Made by a program: the position numbers and the translations under genes. Below, in pieces: positions 23,321 to 36,637 of a DNA stretch of 64,000 nucleotides. The first letter of the stretch is position 1. Every line of letters starts with the position of its first letter. This stretch comes from Lama glama (taxonomy: Eukaryota). The notes under the pieces are model-generated. The model was not told the origin of the DNA, did no database searches, and was given only the letters and a program-made list of their open reading frames with translations. The stretch lies in the NCBI GenBank assembly GCA_028534125.1, contig CM052832.1:15502001-15566000 (forward strand). Reading direction: 5' to 3'.

Positions 23321-24417
23321 TTAGGCCCGTCCATCCCCCACTTCTCAAGTTTCCAACCCTGCTTATCCTTGGCGGAGCAGGTGGAGGGATGATCCCCGGC
23401 CACAGTGGACAAACCTACTGTTACAGCAGCTGGTGACCTTGGAGGATGTGGACATGGGCTTCAGATACCAAAAGTGGAAGCACCTAGACCCTGCTCAGAA
23501 GACTACGCTGATGTGATTAGCTAAAGATGCTAAAGAATTATGGAGCCGTTATCTCACTAAGGACACTCCTATCCCCCACAGCTGATGTGGCTGAAAGTCT
23601 CTTACTAACTGGGTCTTCCTCCACATTCTCCCTCTTGTGTGATAGACCTCTGAGCTCAAATTTCTCAAGCGTTTTATTTGTGTTTGGTTTTTTAGTCAGT
23701 ATTTCTTTATTTCTTCTTTGCATTATTTATTTTCATGTCAGGAAAAGCCTTGGAATTTGCCTGTGTCCCTTACTGGTTAGCGAGTCCTCTTTTGATGAGA
23801 GTGAGGCTGGTTGGAGCTGTACAGTTCCTGATCCCCCTGTATTGACAGGTAAATCCTTGAAGTGCTTCTGGACCCTGAGGCAAGATATTTCTACTCCTAG
23901 ACTCATGTCTCCTGATTCTTTTCTGTTAAAAGTGGGCAGTTTCTAAGCATTCTTAACTAATACCTTTCTCATACGTGGAGTTCTCTATTCGCAGGATCCC
24001 AGGCCTGGGACTGTCTGGTAGTTTTCTTGGGTGGTTGCCCACTGCCACTGTCTTTCGTGTTATCCCAGACACACAAAAAAGATGTGCTCACCAGGGTTGC
24101 TTTCCAGGCCTCAGAGTGTATTCTAACTCCAGACAGTATATTTTTCCAACTTCCCTAAATATATGAAGAGTCATTTCATCACTGTGACACTCTAACCAAA
24201 TGAGTTAATTAGATTAAATTGGTGGAGGGGACATTAAGTTGGAGGACTCCCACCTGGAGTTTGCCAGCCCCTAACACTTTGCAGTTATAAAGAATCTCCC
24301 ACCCTGAATGTTGGGGAACGTATGCAAGAATGGGATGGAGCTAAACTCTGCCCTTGATGTGAAAGTGGGGCGAAAGGACAGTCCTAGGATATCATCTAAA
24401 ATAGAAAACCGGAAATA

Positions 24418-24631
24418 CAGTGGACCCTTAAACAACATGGGTCTGAATGGACCCACTTATATGCTGATTTCTTTCACTAAATACATACTGCAGTACTACA
24501 GGATCCATGGTTGGTTGAATCCACAGATGTGGATCTGTGGGTAGGGTGGCCTTACTGTAAAGTTACAGATGGATTTTGGACTGCTCAGAGGTTCTGTGCC
24601 CTTAACCCCTATGTTGTTCAAGGGTCAACTA
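24418..24631. mobile_element. MER8-like (Tigger-derived) non-autonomous DNA transposon
   Basis: Terminal inverted repeats CAGTGGACCCTTAAACAACA / TGTTGTTCAAGGGTCAACT with TA on both sides. Confidence 0.8.
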
Positions 24632-27600
24632 TATAGACGAGGCTTCACTTACCCATTGTCTGTGTTTCTCTAGTGACCAGCAGAAAAACGTTTATCTGAG
24701 AAGATTTTTTAGGTGAGATTGGACTGCAAGAAAGCAGAAAGCTGGGAAGTCTTCAGCTAGTCATGGGGAGAAAAGAAAGAAGGAAATGAGTATCTGGAGC
24801 CTGTGAGAAGGGGCCAGGGGTCAGGGACAAAGAGGAGGACAGTTAGTTGACTGGGGCCATGAGACTAGGGGGCTCCCCAGCAGAGTTGCTCTGACACCCT
24901 GATTCCTTCATATGTGGACCCTTTTCCTTGCCCATAAATAGGATTTTCGAGTTTATAAACCCAAGGTGATAAGTCATTTGGAAAAAGAGGAGGCTTTGTA
25001 TATTTGGGCTGGACAAAGAACCAGAGCCAGACCGGTGACTACAGGAAGGCCTTTGACCTGCCCTGCCTTCAAATTGTAATGATTGTAGTAAGTACTGCTA
25101 AAGGCTTATGAGTTCCATTATTAAGAATATAGGCTTGTTGTAATTAGTTTTCTCCTCCCGGTTGATTTTACTATCGCCAGTGATCATCCAGCCTTTTTCT
25201 CTCAGGTTCATGGTTACTGTGAAGGAAGGAAAGCCTAAGATGGGTTTCTTTCCACCTTCATCAGTGCCCATTGGATTTAGGATTTCCAAGTGAGCAGAGT
25301 GTAGCATTTACAGTTATGTGCTCTATTTAGGGTCTGTATCTTCATTTTCCCTAGGAAATGCAAGCAGAGAATGAGACTTTGGGTCTGGAACTCCAAATTC
25401 TCAGAACCTTCGTGTTCAACCAAGCACCACTCTATTCTGACACTGGACTGAGAGAAGGTGTCTGGGTGATGGTGTCAACCCTCCTTCCTCACCTGTATCC
25501 TCTTAGTGAAGTCAGAGGGACTTCTCATCCAGGGGAATGGGAAGAGGACTGGGAAGTTACCTCAACAGGAAAGGCTATTTTGTCCCTTTTAGATGAAGAC
25601 CTTCCCTGGCTGCTTGGAGGGCCAAGATCCCATTCCTGGTCTATGCTCTCCTGGTTGCTAAGGGATTGGGCCCTGGCCTTAGTGCACGATTGTTGCACTC
25701 CCTGCAAAGCAGACAGCTGGACTCAGTCCTCTCCACAGGTTTGCTGAAGGCAGAAGGATAACTTCAACCACCAGACGTTTGAACAGTTGGAGTTTTATTC
25801 CTGATAAGGTTAACCTAAACATTAGACTTAAGTTCATTAGGCTTTTGTTTAAAAACTAAACCCAATAAAGTCATTCTTTTTATTCATTTTTGCCTCAGTG
25901 CTCTTATGAATAGAGAAGGTTGCTAATAATGACCCTTTCTTTCCTGGCTTAAGAACGAAAATCACACCTTTCAGGAGGCTTTGCATGTATATTTAAATAG
26001 TGCTACCAGTACTACAAATTATTAAGTAACCAATCAGAATTATAGATGTTAAAAGTTAAAGATCACTTTCCCCCCGGGGTATAGTAACAATCTCTGAAGT
26101 CCAGGAGCCTTGAAAGTCTCCTTAACAATAATCTCAACAAGAGCAGTTTTATAACATTGTATAGTATTTGCTTTTCTGCATTTCTAGGAGAACAGAGAAA
26201 CTTTCTCCCTCCTGATCTTGCTGAGACTTTTTTCACCAGCACTTGAGAAGGCCTGTAGTTTCAAAGTCAGACTTGAATTCTGGTAGTTAGTACAAGAGGA
26301 GGGAAAAGAGAGGCAAATCTGAGAAGCTCAAAATTCACAACATAGAAAGGAAAAGGCTGAATAGGATAATTATCAAACAGAACATGGGGATTAATGGAAT
26401 CCTGTTTTCCATCTGTCAAATCTGGAGGATTCTTGTTAGGTAGAATGCACATCAAATTTAAGTCCCAGCTGATCCCAGCCTTTCACTTGGCCTTAGGCCT
26501 ATAATCACGACTTTTCTGTCATGGCTGCACCAGTGGCTTTTGAGCCAGTGGCTGACCTGTAACCCCTGGGGCCTAGTGAGGAAAGGGGTGCAGTGGCTGG
26601 CTGGTGGGATGGCCCCAGACCCCACTGAGTCCATGTAGAGCTTCTGCTCAGCCCCTCCCCTCCACCTTCCCAGGCTGGTATGGTTATCAAGAATCTAAGG
26701 AGGGACCTGGAGACTGAGAGAGATCAACTTATCTCTACTACTTTCCTTCTGAAGCCCTTTTCACTGTCTCGACTTTGGGAATCAGGGCCCTCACCCTAGC
26801 TATAGAGGTTCTCTGCTTTCTGTCCAGCACCCCAGAGAAGAAGATCCCAAACTTTTGTGTGTAGTAAGCTCTTGAAATAGGTCTTCTAGATTATTTACCA
26901 GTATACAGTGGTTTGAAGAGATTTCTTCCTGCCACATAAGTAGATAGTTTTCAGGTGAAGAGCTAGAGTTTACCCTAGGCCTTAGAGAAAATTTTCATTT
27001 TATTGGGTGGCCACATGTCCTTATTTGCTTGAGGCAATTCTAGTCAAGACCTGATGTCCCAGTGCAGTCATTACTGTCATTCCCTTTCACTCTCAAGAAG
27101 TATCCCCATGGGGACAATAAATCGTATGATCCCTGGAATTCTAGGACACGTCACATTTCTCTAGTATCAGTTCCTACTCTCTGAATTCACTCTCCAGCCA
27201 TTCTTCTGGCTGGAACCAGTCAGACTAACTTGTCTACTGGTCCCCTCAACCGTGCAACCCAGGAATCCTTTTTTTACTTCAGGTTGGTCATGCAGCTGGT
27301 ATCTGCCATTATTGTGGCCACTGATATTATATGAGGATGAAAACTGTTCATTTGCTATATGCTTTAACAACATGTTGCTCAAAGGCTGAAAAATATTTGA
27401 AAACCATTTGTAAACACCCTGAAGAAAATGGGGCGTTGACTGGCATGTCCTGTGCAAAAACCTGTAAAGTTCTGACCACTTAAATTGTTCTTTCTTGTGA
27501 ATACTTTAATGCATAAATTAGGGCAGCTTCCAGGGCAGATGTGGGCTGTTAGGCCACCGCAGGGTTTTAAAGTAGTTGACTACAACTCTATAAAAAAAAT

Positions 27601-28094
27601 AAAAAGTAGGTTGAATTGAGGTAGTTCTGAGGAGTCCATCCTCTCCAGGGAGCCACAGCACATCCCCCTCCCCCCGGCCTTTGTCTCATTCCAGCTGCTT
27701 CACTCACATTTACGTTTCCTACCTGGCACCTAGACTTGTGAATTCGTGAGCTCAGCCCTAAATTTCCTTTTCTGTCTTTGTTACCTGTTGTTCACAATGG
27801 AATTGGCGGGAGAAGCCTGCTGGCCTCTCAAGCTGGCTTTACAGGTGGGGTCACCGCTGGTGAGATAGACCTGGCCCTTAGGTCACACCATCATATTCCC
27901 CAAAATATGCTATTTTAATTTCAGTGCTAATAGCTAACCTTTACTGAGCAACTCCCACTTGCCTGGACCTGTTCTAAACGTTTACCTGTCTAGGAAACCT
28001 TAAGGGGGAGGTACTTTTATCCCTATTTTATAGATAAAGAAACTGACACAGAGAGGTTGATTAACTTGCCTAAGGTCATATCAATGATCATTTC

Positions 28095-28190
28095 TTTCCT
28101 TTTCCTTTTTTTAGTGGAGGCACTGGGATTGAACCCAGGACCCTCAGGCATGCTAAGCATGTGCTCTACCACTGGGATATTCCCACCCCC
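28095..28190 (-). mobile_element. tRNA-Ala-derived SINE (camelid vic-1-like)
   Basis: Reverse complement contains GTGGTAGAGCACATGCTTAGCATGC..GGGTTCAATCCC and an A-rich tail. Confidence 0.8.
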
Positions 28191-29754
28191 CCACCCCCGA
28201 TTGATAATTTTTTAAAATTATTGTTATTTTCTGGTTCTTTAAGTAGTTATTGTTCATTATAGAAAATTTGGAAAATACTGAAAAATAAAGACATAAATTT
28301 ACAAAATTACAAAATAAAGCAAATCATCTCCATCTGCACCCTGAGACATAACCCCATGTTTAGTAAGGTTCTGCCAGGTTTTTTTCCCGAGTGTATTTAT
28401 TTTTAAGCATAGCTGGGATCGTTTGGTACATCTGTTTTATAACCTGATTTTTTAAATGTCCTCAATTGTGAACATCTTCCCATGGCAGTATCTACTCTTT
28501 TACGTCATGTTTTTTAATGCCTGCATAGTCTTATATATATGCAGTATAATGAATTTTGTTCTTAACTGATTCCCTATTGTTGGACATTTATGTAACTTCC
28601 AAGCTGTTATAGTTAACCGGCATGCAGATTTACAATGAGAAATATATCTGGCAAGCAAACAAGACTATTTCTGCAACTTGGTCACACATCTTTTCCCTAT
28701 AAGAAAGTATGTAGAAAATTGAACTATATCACAGAATTAAAAAAAGGGGCTTTGACCTTAATAACTGGGGTCAGCAAGCTGTGTGATAGCCTGTTAATAT
28801 GCGTTTGAATAAGACTGTCTACATTGCAGATTTCCAGGTTACATCAAAGACAATGCTCCAGTTATGCATGTCAGGGTCTCCTTATCCATACCTTCATTTA
28901 CTAGCACACAGTGGTTTAAAGAGATTTCTTTCTGCCAGGTAAGGAGATAGTTTTCAGGTGAAGAGCTGGAATTCACCACAGGATTCTGCATTTCTAACAA
29001 AATATCACACTTCAAAGGCTTTTAAGAGCTCCCTGCAAGCCCTGTCCAGTGACTTCTGCTTTCATTTCATTGGCCAGAACTGTATCATGTAACCAGTCCT
29101 GGCTGCAGGAGAGGCTGAGAGATGTGGTCTTTTTAGCTGAGCACTTGGTCACCCTGAATACATGTTTCTGTTAGTAGGAAATAGGAGAGTGGTGTTGGTA
29201 GGTGACTCAGATCACATTGGAAACTCTAAAAAAAAAATCTGTCCTGTTAATAGTTACAGTTCATTTTTGGTAGAAAGTATGATTTCCACTGCCTACTTTG
29301 TCTGGAAATGTTTTCCTGAGGATGTTCTCAGTGCAACCAAAATAACTTTGTAATATATATATGAAGTGATGGACCTTGTCATTTTTGGATACAAATTTTC
29401 TCTACTATAGTTTCCCATTCTGATTTGTGAAATAAGTGGCCTTTGGGAGGGGCCGAGAGAGAGCAGCTCTCCTGCTTGGTTTTGCTTATATTCAGCCTGT
29501 GATGCTGTTTTTATTCCAAATATGAATATCTGAGATCCTGTAGATCTATCATTATTTCAAAATAAAAAGCTAAAAACTCTCCAAGATTCTGATCCAACTG
29601 TAAAAGATATTTTTGAGACATTCTTGTTCATCAAGATCCAGTAGGTGAAACAAGAATGGTAGAATGTTTATGGCTGCAGTTTGCTCTTTCTACTTTTGTG
29701 ACTCTTAGAAATTTTCCATGCAAAAAGCTTTTTTAGAAAGTTTTTAAAAATTGA

Positions 29755-30294
29755 AAGATATCCAGTACATATAAAGTACTCCTACAATTCAACAACAGAA
29801 AAACTCCATTAAAAAATGGGCAAAGGACTTGAATAGACATTTCTCCGAAAGAAGATATGCAAATGACTAATAAGCATATGAAAAGAAGCTCAACATCACT
29901 AATTATTAAGGGAATGCAAATCAAAACCACAATGAGAGAAAAAAACACATGAGATAACCACTTCACACCCATTAGGATGGCTATTATGAAAAAAGCAGAA
30001 AATAACAAGTGCTGGTGAGGCTTTGGAGAAATTGGAACCCCATGCATTGCTGGTGAGAATGTAAAATGGTGCATCTGCTATGGAAAATGGTATGGCAGTT
30101 TCTCAGAAAAATTAAACATAGAACTACCATATGATCCAGCAACTCCACTTCTTGGTATATACACAAAAAAATTGAAAATGGGGGCTCCAGTAGGTATCTG
30201 CATGCCCACGTTTATAGCAACGTTATTCACAATGGCCAAGAGGTGGAAGCAACACAGATATTCAATGGATGATTGGATAAACAAAATGTGGGGG

Positions 30295-30341
<47 letters not shown>

Positions 30342-30730
30342 GGAATATCATTTGGCCTCAAAAATGAAGGAAATTCTGACACATGCTACAACATGGATGA
30401 ACCTTGAGGACATTATGCTCATGAAATAAGACAATCACAAAAGGAAAAATACTGTTTGATTCTACTTATATGAGGTACCTAGAGGAATCAAATTCTAGAG
30501 ACAGAAAGTAGAATGGTGGTTGCCAGGGCTAGGAGGAAAGAGGGATGGGGAGTTACTGTTTAATGAGTATGGAGGTTCAGTACGGGAAGGTGAAAAAACT
30601 TCTACAGAGATGGATGGTGGTGATGGCTCCACAGCAGTGTGAATGTACCCAATGCCACTAAACTGTACACTTAAAAATTATTAAAATGGTAAATTTTATG
30701 TTAAATATATTCTGCCACAACTTTTTAAAA
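29755..30730 (+). mobile_element. Older L1 3' region (ORF2 end and 3' UTR)
   Basis: AAAAATGGGCAAAGGACTTGAATAGACATTTCTCC..ACAACATGGATGAACCTTGAGGACATTATGCT..AACTGTACACTTAAAA. Confidence 0.9.
30298..30339 (+). repeat. (CA)n microsatellite
   Basis: Pure CA run of about 21 units. Confidence 0.95.
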
Positions 30731-31829
30731 AAACAGTGATTACTGGTTGGGCTCAGCCATGAGACAGTCTTGTTTAAGATTGTACTTTTGGCCTGGATGC
30801 CATGGAGCAAAGCCATGGCCAACCACAGCCCTCGTGTAAAATGAATGAGAAATAAGTCTTTGCTGTTGTTTAAAAAGTAAATATATTTTATGTTCATATT
30901 TTACTGTAAGAAAAAATTTTGAAAGAAAATTTGGGTTTTTATTGTAAAAGTAGTACAAGTTCTTTGTGTTAAAAAAGTGAGGAAAGCAAATACCTCTCTT
31001 AATCCTTTCCTTCAAGAGTTTAGAATAAATTTTCCAGATTTTATATATGAATGTATATATTTTTTGAGGAAATGTTCTTTATTTTTTAAATTGAAGAATA
31101 GTTGATTTACAGTGTTTCAGGTGTACCGCAAAGTGATTCAGTTTATATATGTATTCTTTTTCAGACTCTTTTCCATTATTGAATATTTTTTTTAAAGGAT
31201 CAAGCTGAACCTTGTTTTTCCACTTCAGCAACTTACTGCATCATGAAAACATCTCCAAGTCTTTCCATACAGATCTACTTTATTCTGTTTATAGCATGTG
31301 ACACTTCACTATGTAGATATGCCATATCTATTTGGCCAGTGGAGATTTATCATTTATGATACTTTTAGTTGTTTACTTGTTTAGCAGCCCAAGTTAAAAT
31401 GGTCATGTATAGGTGGAATTTTTAAATTCTTAGAGTGAAGCCTACCTGCTTTATTCTCCCACTTGAGAGACATCAGATATGTTATTACCCATACAGTCTG
31501 GTTTCTGAAGTGGATTTGGGTGCCGGACCAGAACTGCAGGGCTGTGCATACTCCTCACTTTGTAAATATTCCTGCCTTGTGTGTGTGGTCCCTCCCTGGT
31601 CATGGGAGTTGGTCAGGTTGCGGAGCAGGGGGACTGCCTTTTTTTCCTATCCTAACTCAAACTGTTGCTCCAGCCTCTGTCAGTAGTGACCCTAAAGTAT
31701 CTGCCCTCTGCAGAGGAAAGCCATGAGCCCGTCATGGCAGCTGCTGCCCTAGGTCTGGTAAGCCTTGCTTCTATCTGCTTCCTTCCCAAGACCTTGCCTT
31801 GCCATTCAAACAAGGTCTGCATTCCTTCC

Positions 31830-32800
31830 TGTGGTATAATAAATATATTTGGTCTTTGTCCCCAGTTCCTGGCGCGGAGCTCCTAAAAACCCTGGCATTT
31901 CCTGAGTGATAGGAGTGTCTTTTGTTAGTCCTAAGAAGCCCCATTTGAGCGCACTGGAGTTTATGCTAATAAGGTGACTTAGGGTGGGTGGGGGGCAGGT
32001 TAGATAGCCTCAGGATGGGGCTGGACACTGGAAAGACCAAGTAATTGAAAGATTGGTGCTTTCAGCACCACCTGCTGACCTTTGGAAAGGGGGTGGTGCT
32101 GGATTTTAAGCTCTTGGACAGGAAGATTTGATGAGCTCTTCCGAGATGGTGAACAAGACACTGCCCATTCGCCATGAGGGTGGCACAGCCTAAGTCCACA
32201 CAAGACAGAAACTTGTGTGCTCTGCTTAGGTATCTCTCTCTCTTTTTTTTTTTAATTTTTTAAATTAAAAATTTAAAATTAAAAATTGGGGGATTATTAG
32301 GTATTTATTTATAACAGAGGTACTGGGGATTGAACCCACAACCTCATGCATGCTAAGCATGTGCTCTACCGCTGAGCTATACCCTCCCCCCACCACTGAG
32401 CTAGACCTTCCCCTGCCTGTGTATCTCTTCATCTGGCTGTTTATTCGTATCCCTCAATATCCTTTGTCATAAACTGGCCATAGTAAGTACACTGTTCTCC
32501 TGAGTTCTGAGAACCACTCTAGCAAATTAATCACACCTGGAGGGGGTTGGGGACATTCTGGTTAGTCAGAAGCAGGTGACAGACAACCTGGACTTGAGAC
32601 TGGTCTCAGAAGTGGGGGCAGTCTTCTGGGACTGAGCCTTTGACCTGTGGGATCTGACACTCTCCATGTAGATAGTGTCAGTATTGAGGTAAATTGTGGG
32701 ACACACAACTGGTGTCTGAGAATTGCTTGATGTAGGAACACCTTCCTCCCTCCTACTCTCCACTCTCCACAACCCCCTACACACACACTTGGCAACCAGA
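31830..32800. mobile_element. MER21-like LTR, interrupted by a SINE
   Basis: TGTGGTATAATAAATATATTTGGTCTTTGTCCCCAGTTCCTGG start and CTGTGGGATCTGACACT motif. Confidence 0.7.
32243..32390 (-). mobile_element. tRNA-Ala-derived SINE (vic-1-like)
   Basis: GGTACTGGGGATTGAACCC..CATGCTAAGCATGTGCTCTACCGCTGAGCTATACCC. Confidence 0.85.
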
Positions 32801-35559
32801 AATATTGAGAGTAGAGGAGGAAAATAGAACTTTTCCCTTGCACTTCCTTTGCTGGGACATTTGCTGATCACAGACCTGACCATCCCCTTCCCTGCTGGAA
32901 GAGTCTCCCTAGACTTGACCCTCAGCCTCTTGCTCCATAGCTCTTCTTGCTCATCAGACATAAACACAAGACTCCCCCCCTTACCCTGCTGAGTCTAGTT
33001 GTGCCCCTCAGGGACTATTCCTCTGGCGCAGCAGCAATCTTGTGTTTCAGGATCATCTTTGATGATGTCTGAGGCTATGGCCACGTCTTTCACTAGTAGG
33101 GAAGGGCACTGACCCCACCGAGAGGAATCTCCACTAGATTGTGATGGAGAATGTGGGGAACATGATCTGACTCTGTTCCAGGTCCCTTGCTAACCGAGTC
33201 ATTGCTGCCACCCGCATGTTAGCGATGTGGCCTAAAGGTTTTTGTTTAGTTGGTTTTAGTTTCTGAATCCTTGCAAGCCATATGGTCCCTCCTGATGAGA
33301 AGCAGGCTATTTCAGAACCCATTAATGTCGGGTTCTGATATTTCCCTCTCTGGAAATGGGCAGGTCTCCTGTGCTGTAAGTCCCTTGCCTCCCCAGCACC
33401 CAGGTAATCTGCCTTTGTGTTGAAGACCCTGCCCATGAGAGTTTTACTTCTGTCTTGAGATAGTTACCTGCCTGTTTGCTCCTCCCAGCAAGCTCTCCAG
33501 TTGTGTCCCCAGCCATGCCTGGTTCCTGCTGACAAAAGGACTAAGACTGACTTTGGTCCATTATCTTTATCTCTCCTTCTTGTTTTCCATGCTATGAACA
33601 GAATTTCATTTTTTCCAACCTAATCTGATCATGCTCCTGGAACAAGGGAAAGCATCATGGGTACCACATCTGCAGGCAGCTGAGGTCAGAAGATTTCACT
33701 CATAGGCGAGTGGGGGGAGTCCATTAGCCCCCCTCCTTGTTGCAGCTCCTTCCCTTGTGCCATTTACAGTGTTGAAGAGCCCCAGGCAGAGCACTGATTC
33801 AGATGAGTCCTCATCTTCTCTTGGTCAAAGCCACCATGTGGGAGTCTGATGGAGACCTCCACACCAGCACCTCACTGTATGTTCTTCTCCTCCGGGTTAG
33901 CCACCTGCACAGAGGATGGCATCCTGACGCGTGGCTCCGCCTGGTCAGTCTGCATGTGGTGAGGATGCCAAGGCCCTCTGGCCCTCAGTCACTTCCCTTT
34001 ACCTGCTGCTTTGTTTTCTCGCCCCTTTCCTGCTGGGGGTTGACTGCATTTTCACACATCTGCTACCTTCCTTGTTTACTCCACAGGTGTTTTGTCCTGT
34101 CCTTTGTTCCCATCCTCTTATTCTTCACATATCACCAGTTCACTCTTTGCCTGCTGGCTCTCGGGGGTTTTCATCTTGGCCCCATTCCCTGCCCTTACTA
34201 TTAAGGATTGTGAAGATAAGCCCTGGATGTTATCATTTTCTCTTTGTTGTACTTTATTCTGTTCTTCTCAGGTTGATTTTGCTCAGAATGGAAATCAAGT
34301 CATGTTGTGTTACTTGTCAGATGGTGAGAGCAGAACCAGGAAGGTGGGATCGACTCTAAAGCAGGGTGTTTCTGAGGACAGGAAGTGTGGAGGGAAGGCA
34401 CTGGAAGAACTCCCAAAGGCTGGCCTTCAGAGATCTAATTTTCTAGAATCTTGTGGATCCCAAGACACCACAACAGGTCTTAGAAGAAAGGATCCTTCAA
34501 GTGTAGTGCGTGCAGTAAGGGATCCACTAGGAAGTCGCAGCTAGGTGCCTGTCAGAAAATCCACACTGGAGAGAGATTTGCTGTCACCCGTTCCTACAGC
34601 CCAGAGGACTTCCACTGGCAGAGAGTCTTACAGAGCGAAGGAGCGTGAGAAAGCATTGAGAAACAAATGTTCTCACACACCAGTGTGCTCACGCCAGAGG
34701 GAAACCCCACAGCTGCAGCGAGTGTGGTAAATTCTTTGCATCTAGTCTGTGACTGTCCCCTTCAGAGGGAAGGCCTATGAATGTGAGCAGTGTGGCAAAG
34801 CCTTTAGCCCTGGTTCCCAGCTTCCACCACTGGTGAGAGTCTGAGTGCAGAGAGGGCGGAGGAAGCATGAGAATCAGCCACTTAAGCTGCTCATCAGTGC
34901 TTCATAACAGAGAGAGCGCCACAGGTGTCACACGGTGGAAGAACCTTCTGAGACACTGAGGCCCTTTCTCCTGTCAGTGAGCACACGCGATGGAAGGAGT
35001 ATGTCTGTAAGGAGTGCGGAGAGGCCTTTTCTCAGGAGGCCGCTTGTGCTGTTGGTCACATAGTCCACACTGGAGAAAAGCTGTATAGAATGTAAAGAAT
35101 GCAGGAAAAATTTCAGAGACAGGTCACGCCTCATTACACACCAGAGTTCACAACCCAAGCAGGCCATATGCAGACAGCAAGTGTGGAAGAGCTGTCATGT
35201 GTATTCCACTAAGCTCTGCACACTGCAGAGTTCACACCGGAGAGAAGCCGCACGAGTGCAAGAGCTCCCAGCGCTTGGTTCTTCCGAGCTTCCACTCTGG
35301 GGGAAAGCCCCAGACGTGCGGCGAATGCAGAAAGGCCTTCAGGGATCAGCCCCACGTCGTCGCCCATCAGAGTACTTATGCTTCAAAGGAGCCCTAAGAA
35401 TGACAGAGGTGTGGGAAAGCCGTCAGCTAAAAACTGGAATCTCACGGCCCATCAAAGTGTCCACTTGGGAGAGGAGCCTGGGGTACAGACGTGGGAAGGC
35501 CTTTACGTGGGGTACCGACCTCATTAATCATCAAAGACTCCACTCTGGGGAGAGGCCAG

Positions 35560-35919
35560 ATGTCCAACATCAAGGTGCCAGCAGGCTGGGCTCGTTCCAA
35601 GGGCTCTAGGGGATAACGCTTTGCCTCTTCCAGCACCTGGTGGCTCCAGATATACCTTGGATTGTGGCTGTCGAACTCCTTTCTTTTTTCCATCTTCACA
35701 AGGCCCTCCACTCTGCTGTTCTGTCTGTGTCTCCTCATGTGTCTCTTAGGCCACTTGTCATTGAATTTAAGGACACCCGATAATCCAGGATGATCTCATC
35801 TCTAGATTCTTAATTATATCTACAAATACCTCTCTTCCAAATGAGTTAACATTCATAAGTTCCAGGGGTTAGAATGTGGACATATATTTTGTGGGGCACC
35901 ATTCAGCCCACTCACTACA
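35560..35919 (-). mobile_element. MLT1 (MaLR) LTR inserted in the ZNF exon
   Basis: ATCAAGGTGCCAGCAGG..ATAATCCAGGATGATCTCATC..GGGGTTAGAATGTGGACATAT..ACCATTCAGCCCA. Confidence 0.8.
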
Positions 35920-36637
35920 GGTGTCGGTGGAGGAATGGTAATGAAGCATGCGAGCCAGTTCTGGAGAGAACGGGGGCAGAGGGAGTGCAGACGGCAGGCG
36001 TGTGTAGAGCTCGAGGGTAACACTGAGTCACACTTGCCTGATGAAAGCGAGGATCCTGTTCTACCCAACTCTCCGTGTCGGATGCAGCGCCCCCACACAC
36101 ACGTTCTCAGAAGGAGGAGTTGGAGGAGGTGGGGAAGGAGTTGTATCACAGTATTCCTGTTACACAGCCATGGCCTTTCTGGAATCAGCCGCTGCAGTGG
36201 GCGTCAGGTCTCTAGATGCCTGGAAGACACACGAGCTTGCCTGGGGGGTGGGGGTAGCATTGCCAAGGCAGATGGGCGGGAGGTAGAAAAGAACACAGTG
36301 GCCCGAGTTCCTGTGGGCACCTCTGGAAGCCCTGCAGGCTACACTGAAGGTTTGCAGAAACCGGGCTACCTTTGGTACAGAGGCAGCTATGCACAAAATT
36401 GCATGTCCTCCCTGCAGCCACAAGAAACTTGTCCTAACATATGTAAACCCATTTCCCCAGCTTCCAGGAGAAAGAGGCAGTCTTACATGCAGGAGGCTTG
36501 GCGCTAAAGCTAGTGCCCAGATCTCTGGTGGCAAAAGCCCACCCCAGCTTCTTTTGTATAGGATTTCTTAGACTGGGACATAAATTTGGGGAATGGTAGG
36601 TTGAGGTATTCTCAGCCTTGAGCAAAAGAGAACAGAA

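Larger units (their letters stand above)
23427..35560 (+). pseudogene. Unprocessed KRAB C2H2 zinc-finger pseudogene with two KRAB-A/B modules
   Basis: KRAB-A 23427-~23561 (QLVTLEDVDMGFRYQKWKHLDPAQKT/../MLKNYGAVISL); KRAB-B 24942-~25045 (KPKVISHLEKEEALYIW); KRAB-A 33051-~33174 (..DPTERNLH*IVMENVGNMI*L); KRAB-B 33602-33705 (QPNLIMLLEQGKASWVPHLQ). The final exon starts at 34321 and has broken fingers (YECEQCGKAFS, YVCKECGEAFSQ, HTGEKPHECK, CGECRKAFRDQPHVVAHQ, GKAFTWGTDLINHQRLHSGERP) with many stops and frameshifts. Confidence 0.85.

Noticed and set aside
36038..36070. CTGATGA hammerhead ribozyme core
   Set aside because: No downstream GAAA with a closing stem II.
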